A stretch of DNA of 64,000 nucleotides from positions 33,232,001 through 33,296,000 of the forward strand of contig NC_091475.1 of NCBI RefSeq assembly GCF_036971445.1, read 5' to 3'. The DNA comes from Narcine bancroftii. Lineage: Eukaryota. The notes beneath the pieces were generated by a model. The model did not search any database. It saw only the letters and a program-made list of their open reading frames with translations, and had not been told where the DNA came from. Shown piece after piece: positions 1 to 12,400 of the stretch. Position 1 is the stretch's first letter; each line of letters begins with the position of its first letter. A program made the position numbers and the translations under genes.

Positions 1-3000
1 GAATGCTGGGTGGTATATTGTCCTTGGTTGTGATAAGTCTGTATACCAGTTGCTACCACCGGTAGTATTAAGTCTGGTGTGACTGGGTTGTACTGTGCTT
101 GTGAGAGTGTAAGCAGTTACTGGCATTGGTAGTGTTAAATCCAATGTGACTGTTTGCACTGTGTTGGATGATTGAGAATACTTGTGTGTGTTATCCCCAT
201 CACAATCTCCTTGTGTTTCAATAAAGATTATTTCTGCATTCAGCCTGTGTCCAGAGCAGCTATTCTTTGGACCCACTGAACTTTTCCCTTTTGATACAAC
301 AATTGGCAGTGCGAGCAGGGTTCAAGGAGTTGAGGCTGGACATGTGCGGTCACAATGTTTGAAGTGATACTAACTAGCATGTGCGTGAGTCTCTTGTCAC
401 GTGTGTGATTTATGGCATACTTTGTCGCAAACAAGACCAGCAGGAAGTGCCCCACAGCTAGTAAGGGAGCCTTGGGGCATGAGAGTAGAATTCCCATGTG
501 GACTGATGATAGTGTGGGATTTAGTAGGTTTGCAGGTTTACTGGCAGACCATTGGAGACTGGTAGACTGGGCTGACAGTTTGGACCTGTAGACAGAAAAG
601 ATTGGGTACCACATGGCATCCTTCCTTGAGAACCCAGGATTTTCCGAAACCAAGGGGAGTCATGCCTTTGGCTTATGGCATCTATCCTGAGACACCACTG
701 GGAAATGTCAGGCCTGGGTCATAGATGGCTCCAACTGGTGAAAGAGTGGCAAGCAACTTTGGAAGGCAGCGGCACGACACCCTACCACAGGTAAGACATT
801 TACACAAGATGGGGTGGGGGGGGGGGATAAAAATCAGCTGGTGGAGCTGGTCGCGGAGGCACACCCTCTGAGAAATCGCATGGCCCCATCCTTTTTAAAA
901 AAAAAACACCAATTCCTGAGCAGTGGTAAACAACATGGCTGAATGAATGGCCTAATGGTACTACTCTGGCTGGAAAATTCAGTTACCCATTCTGGGGTCA
1001 GCAGTACTAGTGGTTTATCTCGGAGCAAGCTGGACAGAGTGCTCACTGTGTGGATGCGCACACCAGAGACATGGCAGAGGCTGCACATAATGCTGCCATG
1101 GACAGCACAAATTTGCTCAGCCACCCTGCTCATCAATCACACTGACCTCTGTGCACTGGCAACATAGGCAAGAGCAAGCATCTGGGATCCCACAGCATAC
1201 AGTGACAATAGACAATAGGTGCTGGCTGATCTTTCCCTTTCAAAAACCAATCCTAGCCTTATCCCGATAACCCTCCCCTCAACTCCCCTGCCCACAAGAG
1301 CCTTATCCAACTCTCTCAAATCCATTCAATGAATCTGCCCCCACTACCCTCTGTGGCAATGCATTTCACAGACCCACAACTCTCTGGGTAAAAAAAATTC
1401 TCCTCATTTCTGTGTTAAATGGCCTTCCCTGTATTCTTAAACTATGCCCTCTAGCCTAGTCTCACCCATCACTGGGAACAGGTGCTCTGATTTCACCCTA
1501 TCAAGTCCTTTGTCAATCCTAAATATGTCAGTCATGTCTTCCCTCATCCTTCTAGACTCCATCGCATATAATCCCAGTCTTTCTAACCTATCCGCATATG
1601 ACAATCCTGCCATCCCGGGAACTAACCTCGTAAACCTGTGCTGCACTCCCTCTATAGCAAGTATGTCCTTTCTCAAATATGGGGATCAGAAATGAACGCA
1701 ATACTCCAGGTGAGGTCTCACCAGGACCCTGTACAACTGCAGGAGGCCTTCTCTACTCCTATACTCCAATCCCCCCTTTATGAAAGCCAACATACCGTTC
1801 GCCTTCTTCACCACTTGCTGAACCTGCATGCTAGTTTTCAATGACTGGTGAACAAGTACACCCAGATCCCTTTGCAGTACCCCACTCCCTAGTTTAACTC
1901 CATTTAAATAATATTCTGCTCTCTTGTTTCTGCCTCCAAAATGGACAACCTCGCATTTACTCACATTAAACTTCATCTACCATCTTTCCACCCACTCCCC
2001 TAAACTGTCCAAGTCCCCTTGCAATTTCCTGAACATCCTCCTCACTCTTTACACTACCACCCAGTTTAATGTCATCTGCGAATTTGCATATGCAGATATT
2101 TATCCCCTCGTCCAAATCATTTACATAAATGATAAACAACTGAGGGCCCAACACCGACTCCTGCGGGATCCCACTCATCACATCCTGCCATCCAGAAAAT
2201 GACCCGTTTATCCCAACCCTTTGTTTCCTATTTCTCAACCAATTATCTATCCATGACAGTACCCTATCCCCGATAACATGCTCCTTGATTTTGCAAACTC
2301 GCCTCCTGTGTGGGACTTTATGGAAGGCTTTCTGAAAGTCCAAGAACACCTCATCGACTGGCTCTCTCAAGTCCATCCTCCTTGTTACGTCCTCGAAAAA
2401 TTCCAGGAGATTAGGCATTCACACACAATGAGGATAGAACTGCTGTGAACAACTGCCCCACCTGCTAATAGGTCAAACCATGAGTCTGCAAAGGGGTCCA
2501 GCAGGTCATGTTAGCCACGACTCGGGAGCAGGCCAGATATGGCAGGTCAACTGTCAGGCCGCTCCCATTACAAAATGAAAAACAGTACATCCTCACAATG
2601 GTCAACACACTCGGGTGTCCTGGTGGCAGTGCCCTGCCAGAGGACCGACCAGGATAGTACCAGTAAAGGGCTACAATACCTCTCTTCCATTTATGGAGAA
2701 CCGTGGGAGGTACAGTCCAACCAGGGGACTAACTTCATGGGGACAAAAATACAGAAATGGGTGGTGGAGGCTGGTACCTTGGGACTGCTGCACATCCCCT
2801 TCCACCCACAAGCATTTGGCTTAATAGAACAAATGAATGGTCTACTTAGAGAAAATTTGCACACTGGTGCCCAAACATACATTGCAGGGGTGGCTCAATG
2901 GAATCCAGCAGGCAGTAAACCAGTTAAATTTACGTCACGTTGGACAGGGGGGGTTCTCCACTCTCACGCTACCTGGCATCCTCCAATGGCCCCAAAACTG

Positions 3001-3990
3001 ACATGCAAGACTCAGAGAAGTCCGTTAGTCTGCGTGGTCCAGGTGATGCGTGATGGGTCGCAATACTGGGCAAATCAAACCTTTCACGTTACCACACTGA
3101 CCAACAGAACTCCTAAACCACCCCCACCCCCCACCCAACAGAACAAGACCACCTTTCAAGCGGCTCCCCTTCCAGCCTATGCTGATCGGCTCTGTAGAGC
3201 CCTATGAATACCACACCAGATCGCGGCTGGCACATGCAGCTGAGGGTCTTCCACCTACACCAACCCAGCTTGACAAGAGTAACAGAAGCTTCTTGTATAG
3301 ATGCTTTAATCAGCACTTGTTCAAGTGAACAGTGGGAATGCAAACAGGAACAGCATTTAAAAAATAGCCCAGCTATACAACAATACTGGTGTGCCCTGGA
3401 TGCACACCTGCTGGGCCGTCCCCTGGCTTCACACGGGATAGCCATCTACGATGCATGCCTCCAAATGATGGAACACCCAGATGAATAACCACTGTGGTAG
3501 AGATTCTGGCCAAAGAAAGGGCAGCGGTATTTCGGATTAAGGGAAAGCCAGATGACCTTGCATTACCTGCTCACAGAAGGTACCAGTGCTGTTGTCAGCT
3601 TACTGCACTATACAGTCCACCAAGTGCAGTAGCTCTTTGGCCCTGAGAAGGACAATGCTGGAGGAGTGCTGACAAGGTGTGCTCCACATAGAGATCAGCA
3701 CTGCTGTATTCTTTGTAGTTGCAGATAGTATCTGAGCCATACCCACGTTAGACAAGGAACAGCAGGTAACATATTGTAGTCCTTGGTTGTGATGTCTCTA
3801 AACAGTTGCAAGTATCAGTAATACTAAGTCTGATGTGACTGGATTGTACTGTGCTTCTGAGAGAGTGAATGCTTGCATGTGTTATCCCTGTTGCGATCCT
3901 CTTACGTGTCCATCAAGTAAGATTATTTCTGCACTTAGCCTGAGTCCAGATCCGCTATTCTTTGAACCAAACTTTTTCCTTTCTAACACA
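1..3990 (+). mobile_element. Degenerate endogenous retrovirus (class III/ERV-L/S-like) with two LTRs, interrupted by a CR1
   Basis: Similar LTR sequences at 1-~300 and ~3670-3990. PBS TGGCAGTGCGAGCAGGGT at 304-321 resembles tRNA-Ser(TGA). Integrase remnants at ~2440-2880: CPTC, WQV.., QSNQGTNF, HPQAFGLIEQMNGLL. Confidence 0.75.
1240..2418 (-). mobile_element. CR1 LINE, 3' part (RT), inserted in the ERV
   Basis: ORFs contain FLDFQKAFHKVPH, GIPQESVLGP, KFADD, MKFNVSKC and RPHLEYCV; frameshifted. Confidence 0.9.
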
Positions 3991-4963
3991 TCTATATTTT
4001 TAAAAGTATCCAGGAATATATGAAATATATTTAGTGACAATATCAAAAAAGATACGACTTTAAAATAACCTTGATATTCCAGAAAATGCAGAAATTGGTG
4101 CTCTTATGCTCGTGTTATTCATATGTTGCTGAGGTAGGTGACCTAGTTAAGTAACCTCCATGGCTGGCTGAATTAATTCACCGATTTGTGGAGTAAATTC
4201 TAAATCTCAGGACATTCTGAGGTTAGAAATGTTCTGTACATTTTGCAGAATAAACCCACAAAATAGGTTTCTTTCTAATTGATGAATGTACTGAAGAATA
4301 ACCAAAAAAATAGTCAAATTCTACCTGATGTACAAGCATCGAATCATCCCATATATTTTAATCTAGAAACAATGTTTGAGAAAGGTCATAGATCCTGATG
4401 ATACTAGACTATTTTTCTTATGTTATTGACTGTTTATACAAGTTGAGGGAAGAGAATAAGGGGAGAGGTGGTTAAAAAAATTACTGGACTCTGTAAATTA
4501 TATTGCGTAACAAGAAAATGTTCTATATTGTTCATCTGGACTTACATGAGTCTTGAAAATAAAATATTCAAAAAAGGAAACAATGTTTAGTTTCAAATGG
4601 TTACAGGCAGTACTTTGAAAGGAAGAGAAAAAGATGTCACATCCAGTATCTTTAGTCGCTACCATTTTACTACAGCAAGCAATGAAAATACAGTTTAAAA
4701 TCAGTTCAAGATGAAGAACATGAAAAAACAAGCTTTCTTTGTGATGCTTTACATTATTAAGATACTTAAGCTTTTACTTGGATAGTACAACACCAGGCTT
4801 CTTCTTTACCCCAAGCTGATACACTTCTTAAAACAAAAGTTCAGCTAAGTACAATTATACAAGTCTTAACGAACATTTATCTTACCCAGGCACTAATTCT
4901 TACAATATGTGGTTGAATATCAGCAGGCAATGTACCTTCTGGTACAGATCATTACAAAGGACT

Positions 4964-5037
4964 TTAAAAAGAATCCTTACAGACTGTTTCCCTTTCCGAG
5001 GTGATTGCAACACAAAGCGACTTGGGTTCTTCCTGGT
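4964..5037 (-). CDS. ARL13B: Candidate ARL13B terminal coding exon (DQEEPKSLCVAITSERETVCKDSF*), or an internal exon 4981-5037 if the GTAAGG donor is used
   Basis: Phase-compatible acceptor (tatgcag) 312 nt after exon 8. It would give a 1200-nt CDS (399 aa). No clear homology to the usual C-terminus. Confidence 0.4.
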
Positions 5038-5349
5038 CTGCATACATTTGAACCAACATTATTGAATATAAACAAATAGAAGTCAGTTTATTGTTTTGGA
5101 GATGGAGGGAGAGTCTGTAGAGCTGAATTAACCAATCTTATTAATAAATAAAAACAATAATAATTTAATTTCACCAACTGCAATGTATTATTTAGTTTAA
5201 TATGAACATACTATTTAAATCGGTTTGCAATACCCAAAGGTGGTGGAGAAACTCAGCAGGTCATGCAGCATTTGTTCCTTTGGTGACTACTTCAAACAAT
5301 ACATTTTCTTAGGGATTTGTCAGAACAAAAGGATTTTTTTTAAACTTAC

Positions 5350-5451
5350 CAGTCAAAGGAGATGGACTTGAATTTTCAGAATCGTCATCAGTACTGATAG
5401 GTTCAACCTTATTCTTTCGCTTCATTCGAATCTTCTTGATCTTTTTCTTCC
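5350..5451 (-). CDS. ARL13B: ARL13B coding exon 8 (KKKIKKIRMKRKNKVEP..., ciliary targeting VxP region)
   Basis: 102 nt; corresponds to human KKKTKKLRMKRNHRVEP; donor GTAAGT. Confidence 0.92.
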
Positions 5452-5709
5452 CTGTCATTGTATTAAATAAGTCATTTTAAACACAGAACAAAAATATGAA
5501 CATTTTTAATGAACACTAAATAATGTCAATTCCAATTAAAACATAGTTGCTGCCCAAGAATATTGCAATGTATTCATATTTTTAAAAAGCAAACGTTCCA
5601 TTATGGTCACGTAATACTACATTTAGAATGTAACATACGGGAAATTCTTTAACTTTGTCTACCATAAGAAAGACAGAGTGTACATTATCCCGCACCCCTC
5701 ACAGAAATG

Positions 5710-5781
5710 AGGTCCCACCGAGGAACAAACTCTCAATCCCTGGTTTGTAAGACCAGAGCTCTACCACTGAGCTATGGAGCC
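5710..5781 (-). pseudogene. tRNA pseudogene with a Thr(TGT)-type body and anticodon TAC
   Basis: GGCTCCATAGCTCAGTGGTAGAGCTCTGGTCTTACAAACCAGGGATTGAGAGTTTGTTCCTCGGTGGGACCT. The A-box is intact and the B-box is decayed. Confidence 0.8.
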
Positions 5782-5806
5782 AAAACAACTTTATTAGCTT
5801 AATTAC

Positions 5807-6023
5807 CAGAGCCTGGAATTTTCCGGTCATGTCCAGTTTCTTCTTCTCGCTGCTTAGTTGATGCTTCTGCATTGGCATCTGATTTAACTTGGTCAGCATT
5901 CTGAATATCATCTCCAATACCTTCTTCCATCTTGGGTGCTTCCTTATCGACAATGTTTTGCAGGTGTTCTTCATTAGATTTTATTTGGTTCTTTTCCTTC
6001 TGCCTTCTGATTTTCTCTTCATT
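5807..6023 (-). CDS. ARL13B: ARL13B coding exon 7 (NEEKIRRQKEK... charged linker)
   Basis: 217 nt open in frame, starts NE as in the orthologous exon, bounded by CAG and GTAATT. Confidence 0.85.
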
Positions 6024-6545
6024 CTGAGATCAACAACAGTAAAAATACTTTTAATGTGCAGCTGACAGAAATATCAGTAGATCACAAAATTGATAAAAGT
6101 AAAACATAAGATTAGATGTATGAACATAAAATTGACCGTAAGAAAAAAAGTACTAGCACAGGCAAATGTGGACCCCTTACAGGTGGAGAAAGGAGAATTT
6201 AAAATGGAGAATAAAGGAAATGGCAGAGGAATTAAACTATTGCTATATATCAGTCATAAAAGAAGATTAACATAAAAAGTTGCCAGATGTAGAAGAGAAC
6301 AAAAAAGTCCAGCAAGAATGAGGAATAGAAGAAACTGAGGACTAAACAATAAAACTGTGAGAAATGTTGGCAGACTTTACTGTAAACCTGTAATTACATT
6401 ATATCAGATAGTTATTTTAGAATAATCAAATTACATTATGATTAACCTCAAACTTCAGTTTAGATCTTAGTGTGAATGATAAAATCCAATATTTAAATGA
6501 CATACCATTTAATAAAAGACAATCTTTAGGCAGATCAATACTTAC

Positions 6546-6663
6546 CACAGAAATAACCTTGGATATAGGTTGAAAGGGATTTATTTGAGGATTTGGTTCA
6601 TCATCGGCAAACTGATTTAAAGAGTTATCGTCTTTTTCAGTACCTTCCCTTTCTTTCTGCTCT
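6546..6663 (-). CDS. ARL13B: ARL13B coding exon 6 (...NPFQPISKVISV)
   Basis: 118 nt, conserved NPFQPI motif, tttccag acceptor and GTAAGT donor, frame consistent. Confidence 0.92.
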
Positions 6664-6773
6664 CTGGAAAAATACAATTTTAATCACATTTCCCTGTGAA
6701 TTGTCATTGTCTTGAGCCATAAGATTTGGAAAAAAAATTCTCAGTAAGTGCTTATGATGGTTATTGTCTAGGG

Positions 6774-7027
6774 CAGCCATTCTAAATGGGGGCTTCAAAA
6801 ACCCTCCCCCCACGCCCTCAAGGGGGGTTGGGGGGGCGGCATAGCACATTTAAGAGGGCCATAAACTGAATTTATAAAATAATTTTTTTTACACATTTTA
6901 CATAGTCAGTAGGAGAGAAGTATAGAAGCAACCAAATAAACATGACTGCTTCACAGGGAAGGGGGCCTATAAACTTTGAGCAGAGTCCTAAGGAGGCCAT
7001 AACCAAAAAAATGGTCGAGAATGGCTG
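6774..7027. mobile_element. hAT (Charlie-like) MITE
   Basis: TIR CAGCCATTCT...AGAATGGCTG with an 8-bp TSD gtctaggg/gtctagag; a related copy lies at ~28206-28365. Confidence 0.75.
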
Positions 7028-7578
7028 GTCTAGAGCGATTAGATACAACTGTGGTCTTACATGATAGCATGGCTTCTGAGCCAACCATATTAGTGTGACA
7101 TTTATAGGCCAGTCTAGTAAATAGGGTAGGTTTCCCTCCAGAAAGAAACATCCATCTGTGAATGTTAGATTTAGATGAGATTCTGACAACTTTATTTCTT
7201 CAAACTTTTGAATTCTCGAAACATTATGAAATTATGAACAAAATAACATCCACTAACAACCTGAATTCTTGTGCTCAGATTTATTAGTGTGGTAACTCTC
7301 TTGAGCAGTGCTTGCACTTTAGTAAAATATATGTCTTTTATAATGACAGGATCACGTGCAAAGGTGTTAAAATAAGGATTGACAAAAAATCTGGAGAGAT
7401 CTGTTCATGTGAATCAGAGTCTTTATGTATTTATACTGGTAAATGTTATTTTATCTTGCTCAAGGTATAACATTTACACATAGTGATAGAATTTTTCTCA
7501 TTTTGAAGATTAAATTTTAACATCTTAACACAATGGGAGAGCAAAGGGGGCTGCCAATTAGCAGAGCAGCTTTTAATG

Positions 7579-7944
7579 CAGTGGTTCTCAACCTTTTTCT
7601 TTCCACTCACATACCACTTTAAGTATTCCCTATGCCATAGGTGCTCTATGATCAGTAAGGGATTGATTAAGGTGGTATGTGGGTGAAAGAAAAAGTTTGA
7701 AAACTACTGTCTTAATCGTACCTAATGGACTCATTATGTGCACGGTTTGAAAACTCCAAAGGAAATGGACCAATGACAATTTTTCTCAAGCAAAATATTT
7801 CAGTAACAATTGGGTCTAGAGCAGTGATTCTCAACCTTCCCTCCCTCTCACGTACCACCTTAAGCAATCCCTTGCAGAGCATCGATGGCATCGGGAATAT
7901 TTCAAGTGGTATGTGAATGGAAAGAAAAAGGTTGAGAACCACTG
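7579..7944. mobile_element. Composite hAT-Charlie-like MITE (two inverted ~125-bp units around a spacer)
   Basis: TIR CAGTGGTTCTCAACCTT...AAGGTTGAGAACCACTG with TSD ttttaatg/ttttaagg. Confidence 0.8.
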
Positions 7945-8739
7945 TTTTAAGGCAATCACAGCACAAACATATTACTTTCATCTTTCCCAATGGATGTGGT
8001 GAAAATACACATGATTCAAGTTCAGCTTCAATAGTTAAAGGGACAATGCAATCATGATACTCAGGGATTTTATATTTGGCTGTACAACACAAGGGAGGAA
8101 GAGTATAACTACAGCTGAATCCAGTCTGCTTCAGAATGTAACAACTCCTTTCTGGACACTGTAAAGGACCTCCGGGGATATCAAATTCCTTTCTAGTGAG
8201 AGGAATTTTACCAGTAAACTATGGCATCATTCACTTGATGACTCATACATTACATAAAAGCAAGAAATTATGATAAATGCTCCGATCCAACATCAGAGGA
8301 CCCAAGAACTCATCATGCAGAGAAATGGAAAATTCCATCCTGATTTGTGGTTGGCAGAGGTGCCAAGCTCCAAATTCTTTTCCAAAGTTTTTCCACGTTC
8401 CTTTCCTTGAAGGCCCCTCCTAAAACCTTCCCAATTAACCAAGAGAATCTGCTTTAATTACTCCTCGTAATTTAGAATAAACTTTTTTGATAATGTTCCC
8501 ATGAAGCAGCTTATAATGGTTACTATATTAAAAGATACAATAAAAGTTCAATGCATTAGATTTTAAAACATGTGAATATACCATTACTTGTTTACAAATA
8601 TAGCTTGCATCATGAAGGAACACAAATAGGAATTACTCTGCATTCATATCACAGGGAGGAAAGAAATTTCTCAAAAGGTCATAGTGTTCGAAGATCAGAA
8701 ATAATTTAAATTGATCAAGTGTGATGGCATGTCCTTTAC

Positions 8740-8942
8740 CTTTCCTCACGTATTTTTCGTACTCTTTCTGCACGTTCTTGCTTCTCTTGTTCTTCCTGTG
8801 CCTTCTGCTCCATTGTATCGTTTTGAACCCGATCTTGAAGGCCATCATAATCTTTTGCTATGGTGGTTAAAAGCCAAGTAAGGCCTTTCTTAATAGCTTG
8901 GTCCACGTTTTTTCCATATCCCCAAACAGCACAACATGGTTT
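8740..8942 (-). CDS. ARL13B: ARL13B coding exon 5 (end of G domain, coiled coil)
   Basis: 203 nt encoding [25 protein letters not shown]...[18 protein letters not shown]; canonical splice sites. Confidence 0.95.
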
Positions 8943-9383
8943 CTATTGGTACAAATGGGGAATAAAAATATGAGCAATGGCAATGGCAACTTCTGCTTTA
9001 CTTCATAGTTTAACTATCTCTAGTTTCATTGGCAGATTAAATTCAACAAATGTCAAAAATTGGTCCCAGTTTTTCAAAATCATCCTCAGGATATCAAATT
9101 CTGTTACTCAGTCACATGTCTATGACGTCCATAGACAAGGTTTCCATTTTTGATGTATACTCCTGCTATTTTTCTCCCAAACTAGGTTCATGCTCAAGTG
9201 GTTGACCACAGACCCAGAACATTGGTCAACACATATGATATTCCCTTTGCTGTATCTTAGTTTAGGAAAACTGTCAAGACAGTAGAGGGGGCCAAAGATT
9301 TACTTTGGTAACATGCAGGATTTAATAATGAGGAGAAAAGAAAGGAGTTTTTCATTTAAGTAGTTGAATATATTGGTACTTAC

Positions 9384-9489
9384 TATTAGGCAGCGACATT
9401 TATTTGCATTGACTAAGTTCTCCAACTTAAGGATTTCTATGATACAAGCCTCTGATAGAGCTCCATCACAGTCTTGTTTGTTTGCCAAT
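9384..9489 (-). CDS. ARL13B: ARL13B coding exon 4 (LANKQD...CRCLI)
   Basis: 106 nt, G4 motif NKQD, bounded by AG and GTAAGT. Confidence 0.96.
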
Positions 9490-12400
9490 CTAAAATAAAC
9501 ACATTATCTGATTATTTTTGGTTAAATTATCTGGTCATTTTCAAGATGGGTCCAACTGTTTGACCCCGTGCAGTCTTTTATTTTCTCACAATTTTTTTTT
9601 CAGGAAGTGAAACACAAAAGTCTGTAGATGCTTGATTGTCGTAAAAACCAAGAATCCTGGAGGAATTCAGCAGGTTACACAACAGGCATGGGAGGTAGAG
9701 ATATACCACTATAACCAACATTTAATGCCTAAGCCCTTCTGCCCTGAAACATTGGTTTCTTATGGACACTGCATGACTGACCTGCTGAATTCCTCTACCA
9801 GTTTTGTATTTTTACTTCTTTCAGGAAGATTGTTTATTAATTATTGTTGTCAGTTCAGATACAAACTATCTGGTATGTTCTTGCATCTTTAGTTTATCTG
9901 TGTAAAAAAATTAATTCCTTTGCTTCATCAGGTTTGGAAGCACTAGTTAGTTCTATTATTTGTAACTCAAACTGCAACTCAGATTTTTCAGAAGTGCTGT
10001 TTTTATTTTCCTTTAAAAGATTTCAGAATTACTATTAAGTCCCTGCTTTTTAATATTCTTGACTATAATTCATTGAAAACAGGAGGCTGAATATAACAAC
10101 GTTTAAATAAATTTCCATTTATAAAGGAAAATAGAAATCAATGGAACTTATATTTGTCATTATAAAATCAACCGAGAGTTTTTTTTGCCATCTCTTTCAG
10201 CCTAGAAACAACTACTACAGTAGAAATAATGAACTCCGATATCCATATCTGAGGCCGCTCAGTGAAAAGGTTGTTCAGACAGGAATTTCCAAGATGAGAT
10301 ATAACATGCCAAATTAGTTTGCACTATTTAAATACATTACATTATCCAAGTTGATTGTTTCTCAATGTATTTGGAACTTATAAACAATGAATTTGTAGGC
10401 ACTGCCTTATATTTATTACCCCAATAATTATGGAATTGTTTTTAAAAGCATCAAGCTACAGGTCATGCCAAGTATATTCCTCTGAAGAGATGCAGACAGA
10501 ACCAGCTTCCCAGACCAAAAAAAAACAAGAACATCTCTCATTCTTGACTTCATTAGGACAAGCTAAATCATTTGGATCCATCTTTTGGAAGCTTGCCAAA
10601 TTCAAACAGTTGAAAGTTGTTTTTACAAGATGGAGTTATTTTGAATAAAAGCCACAGATTATGAGCTACAACATTCTTCAAGTTTGAAACGCTCTGTTGA
10701 AGTTGCTGTTCATGCGTACTTCATTTTTTAAAAATATATCCTGGGAGCCAGAGTTCCAGCTAAGATTGAAAACAGGTACTGTATAAATCTCAGCTACATT
10801 TTATGAAAATATCAGTGGCAAAAATCTACTTATTGTGAACAAAGACAGTATTAAGTTTTTCTACAGCTGTTATACCGAGCAAAAGATCACAACTGTATTG
10901 CCCTGTTTTTAAATATTGCACTATTAATTACTTTATGAATTTTAAGTACTCAAAATCCTTTATACTATGACAAAATTAACAGGAGTAGTACATTTAATAA
11001 GCTGAAAGCACCTTTAGTATTTTGAATATTTTGGAAACTGACTTTCGCTCAGGCTTCCAAAATCTTTGAAGAGACAGAAATGAGATTTAAAAGAGTAAAG
11101 CAAATAAGGGGAGAAATCCAAAAGCGGTAAAAGGAGTACTCAAACTGGAAAAACAAAGTGACAGAGGTATTGCTGTGCAGAGTAAGACCAGGTAAATAAC
11201 AGTATTATAATGATGAAGACTTTATTGTCATACACCCAAGTGTAAGGTACATTTGTACCAAAATTCTTATTTGCTGCACACAAACAGGTTCATTTGTTTT
11301 AAAAACATATAATCATAAGGCTCTCAGGGACCACCAAAAAAAATTCTGCCTTACTGAAACATCACATTTTTTATTTATTTATTTTTTTTTTTTTTAAAAA
11401 CACCATCTGAAACTGAGAATATTTATCTTTTTATATTTATCATATTTTTTTTGCCTCATGGTGCCTTGTGGTAATTTAATTTAGACTGTTGTTGCTGTGT
11501 CTTGCTTAACGGTATGGCTGCACCAAGTAAGGACATAAAATGTACAATGCAAGAATATTGTGCTTGAGTAAATGACAATAAACTCTCATATCATACATCA
11601 GTTTTGTCAAATTATGTTCCAGTAAAATTCAGATATTTTATTACATTAAAGAGAATCTCTCATTGAAATGTTTGATGGAACAACACAGGGAATGGTAGAG
11701 CAGTTTAGAGTCAGAATGTTTTAGTAACAATTATGGTGAAATGTAACATAAAATTTATGGTGGAAAGGAAAAGTGATAATGTTCAGCTTTTGAAACTGAT
11801 TTTGAAAGAGCCAAAGATACTGGGAAATATTGAAGTGGTTCATGTTTTGAAATTCGACACAAATGCAGAGCATATACATATCTTTAGGGAAAAAGATTTT
11901 GATATAAAATAACATTTTTTGTGGGAATAAAAGCAAGAAAGAGTTTATTTCTAAAATATAAAGGTGTGAGAGATAGATACAAAAAGATTAAATCAAACCA
12001 ATTGAATTCTTATCTTTTTTCATGGGTGCTTTTTTTCCCCCATTAGTCTCTCTGGCAGTATTATTGCAATCAAGAGAGAAAGAAACTTATAAATGATATC
12101 GAAATGCATGCTTGTTTCAGCCTCCAAGACCACATATATTTTGTTTTATTAAGGAGATAAACAAAAATCCATAATTCTGTCATCTTTTCCAAGTTAATTT
12201 CTGCTATGAGTAGAGGACTTTTGCAAAAGATTTGTGTTGGCCATTTTCCAGTTTTTTCCCCCCCTCATCTGTACAAGGGTTAGGTTCACCAGTTAATGCA
12301 AGTTTACAAGGAAAGTTGTACTCAAGGGAATTTGTAAATTAATATTACAGGAATAATTTTCTAAAAGTGGTTTTCATTTTCTCACATTTATGACATATAC

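Noticed and set aside
4775-4816. Alternative ARL13B exon 9 (AWGKEEAW...)
   Set aside because: The polypyrimidine tract is poor and the resemblance to GWGTPK is only superficial.
11050-11197. Candidate STX19 non-coding exon 1 (donor AG|GTAAAT)
   Set aside because: The only support is a donor-like motif, which is too weak without transcript data.
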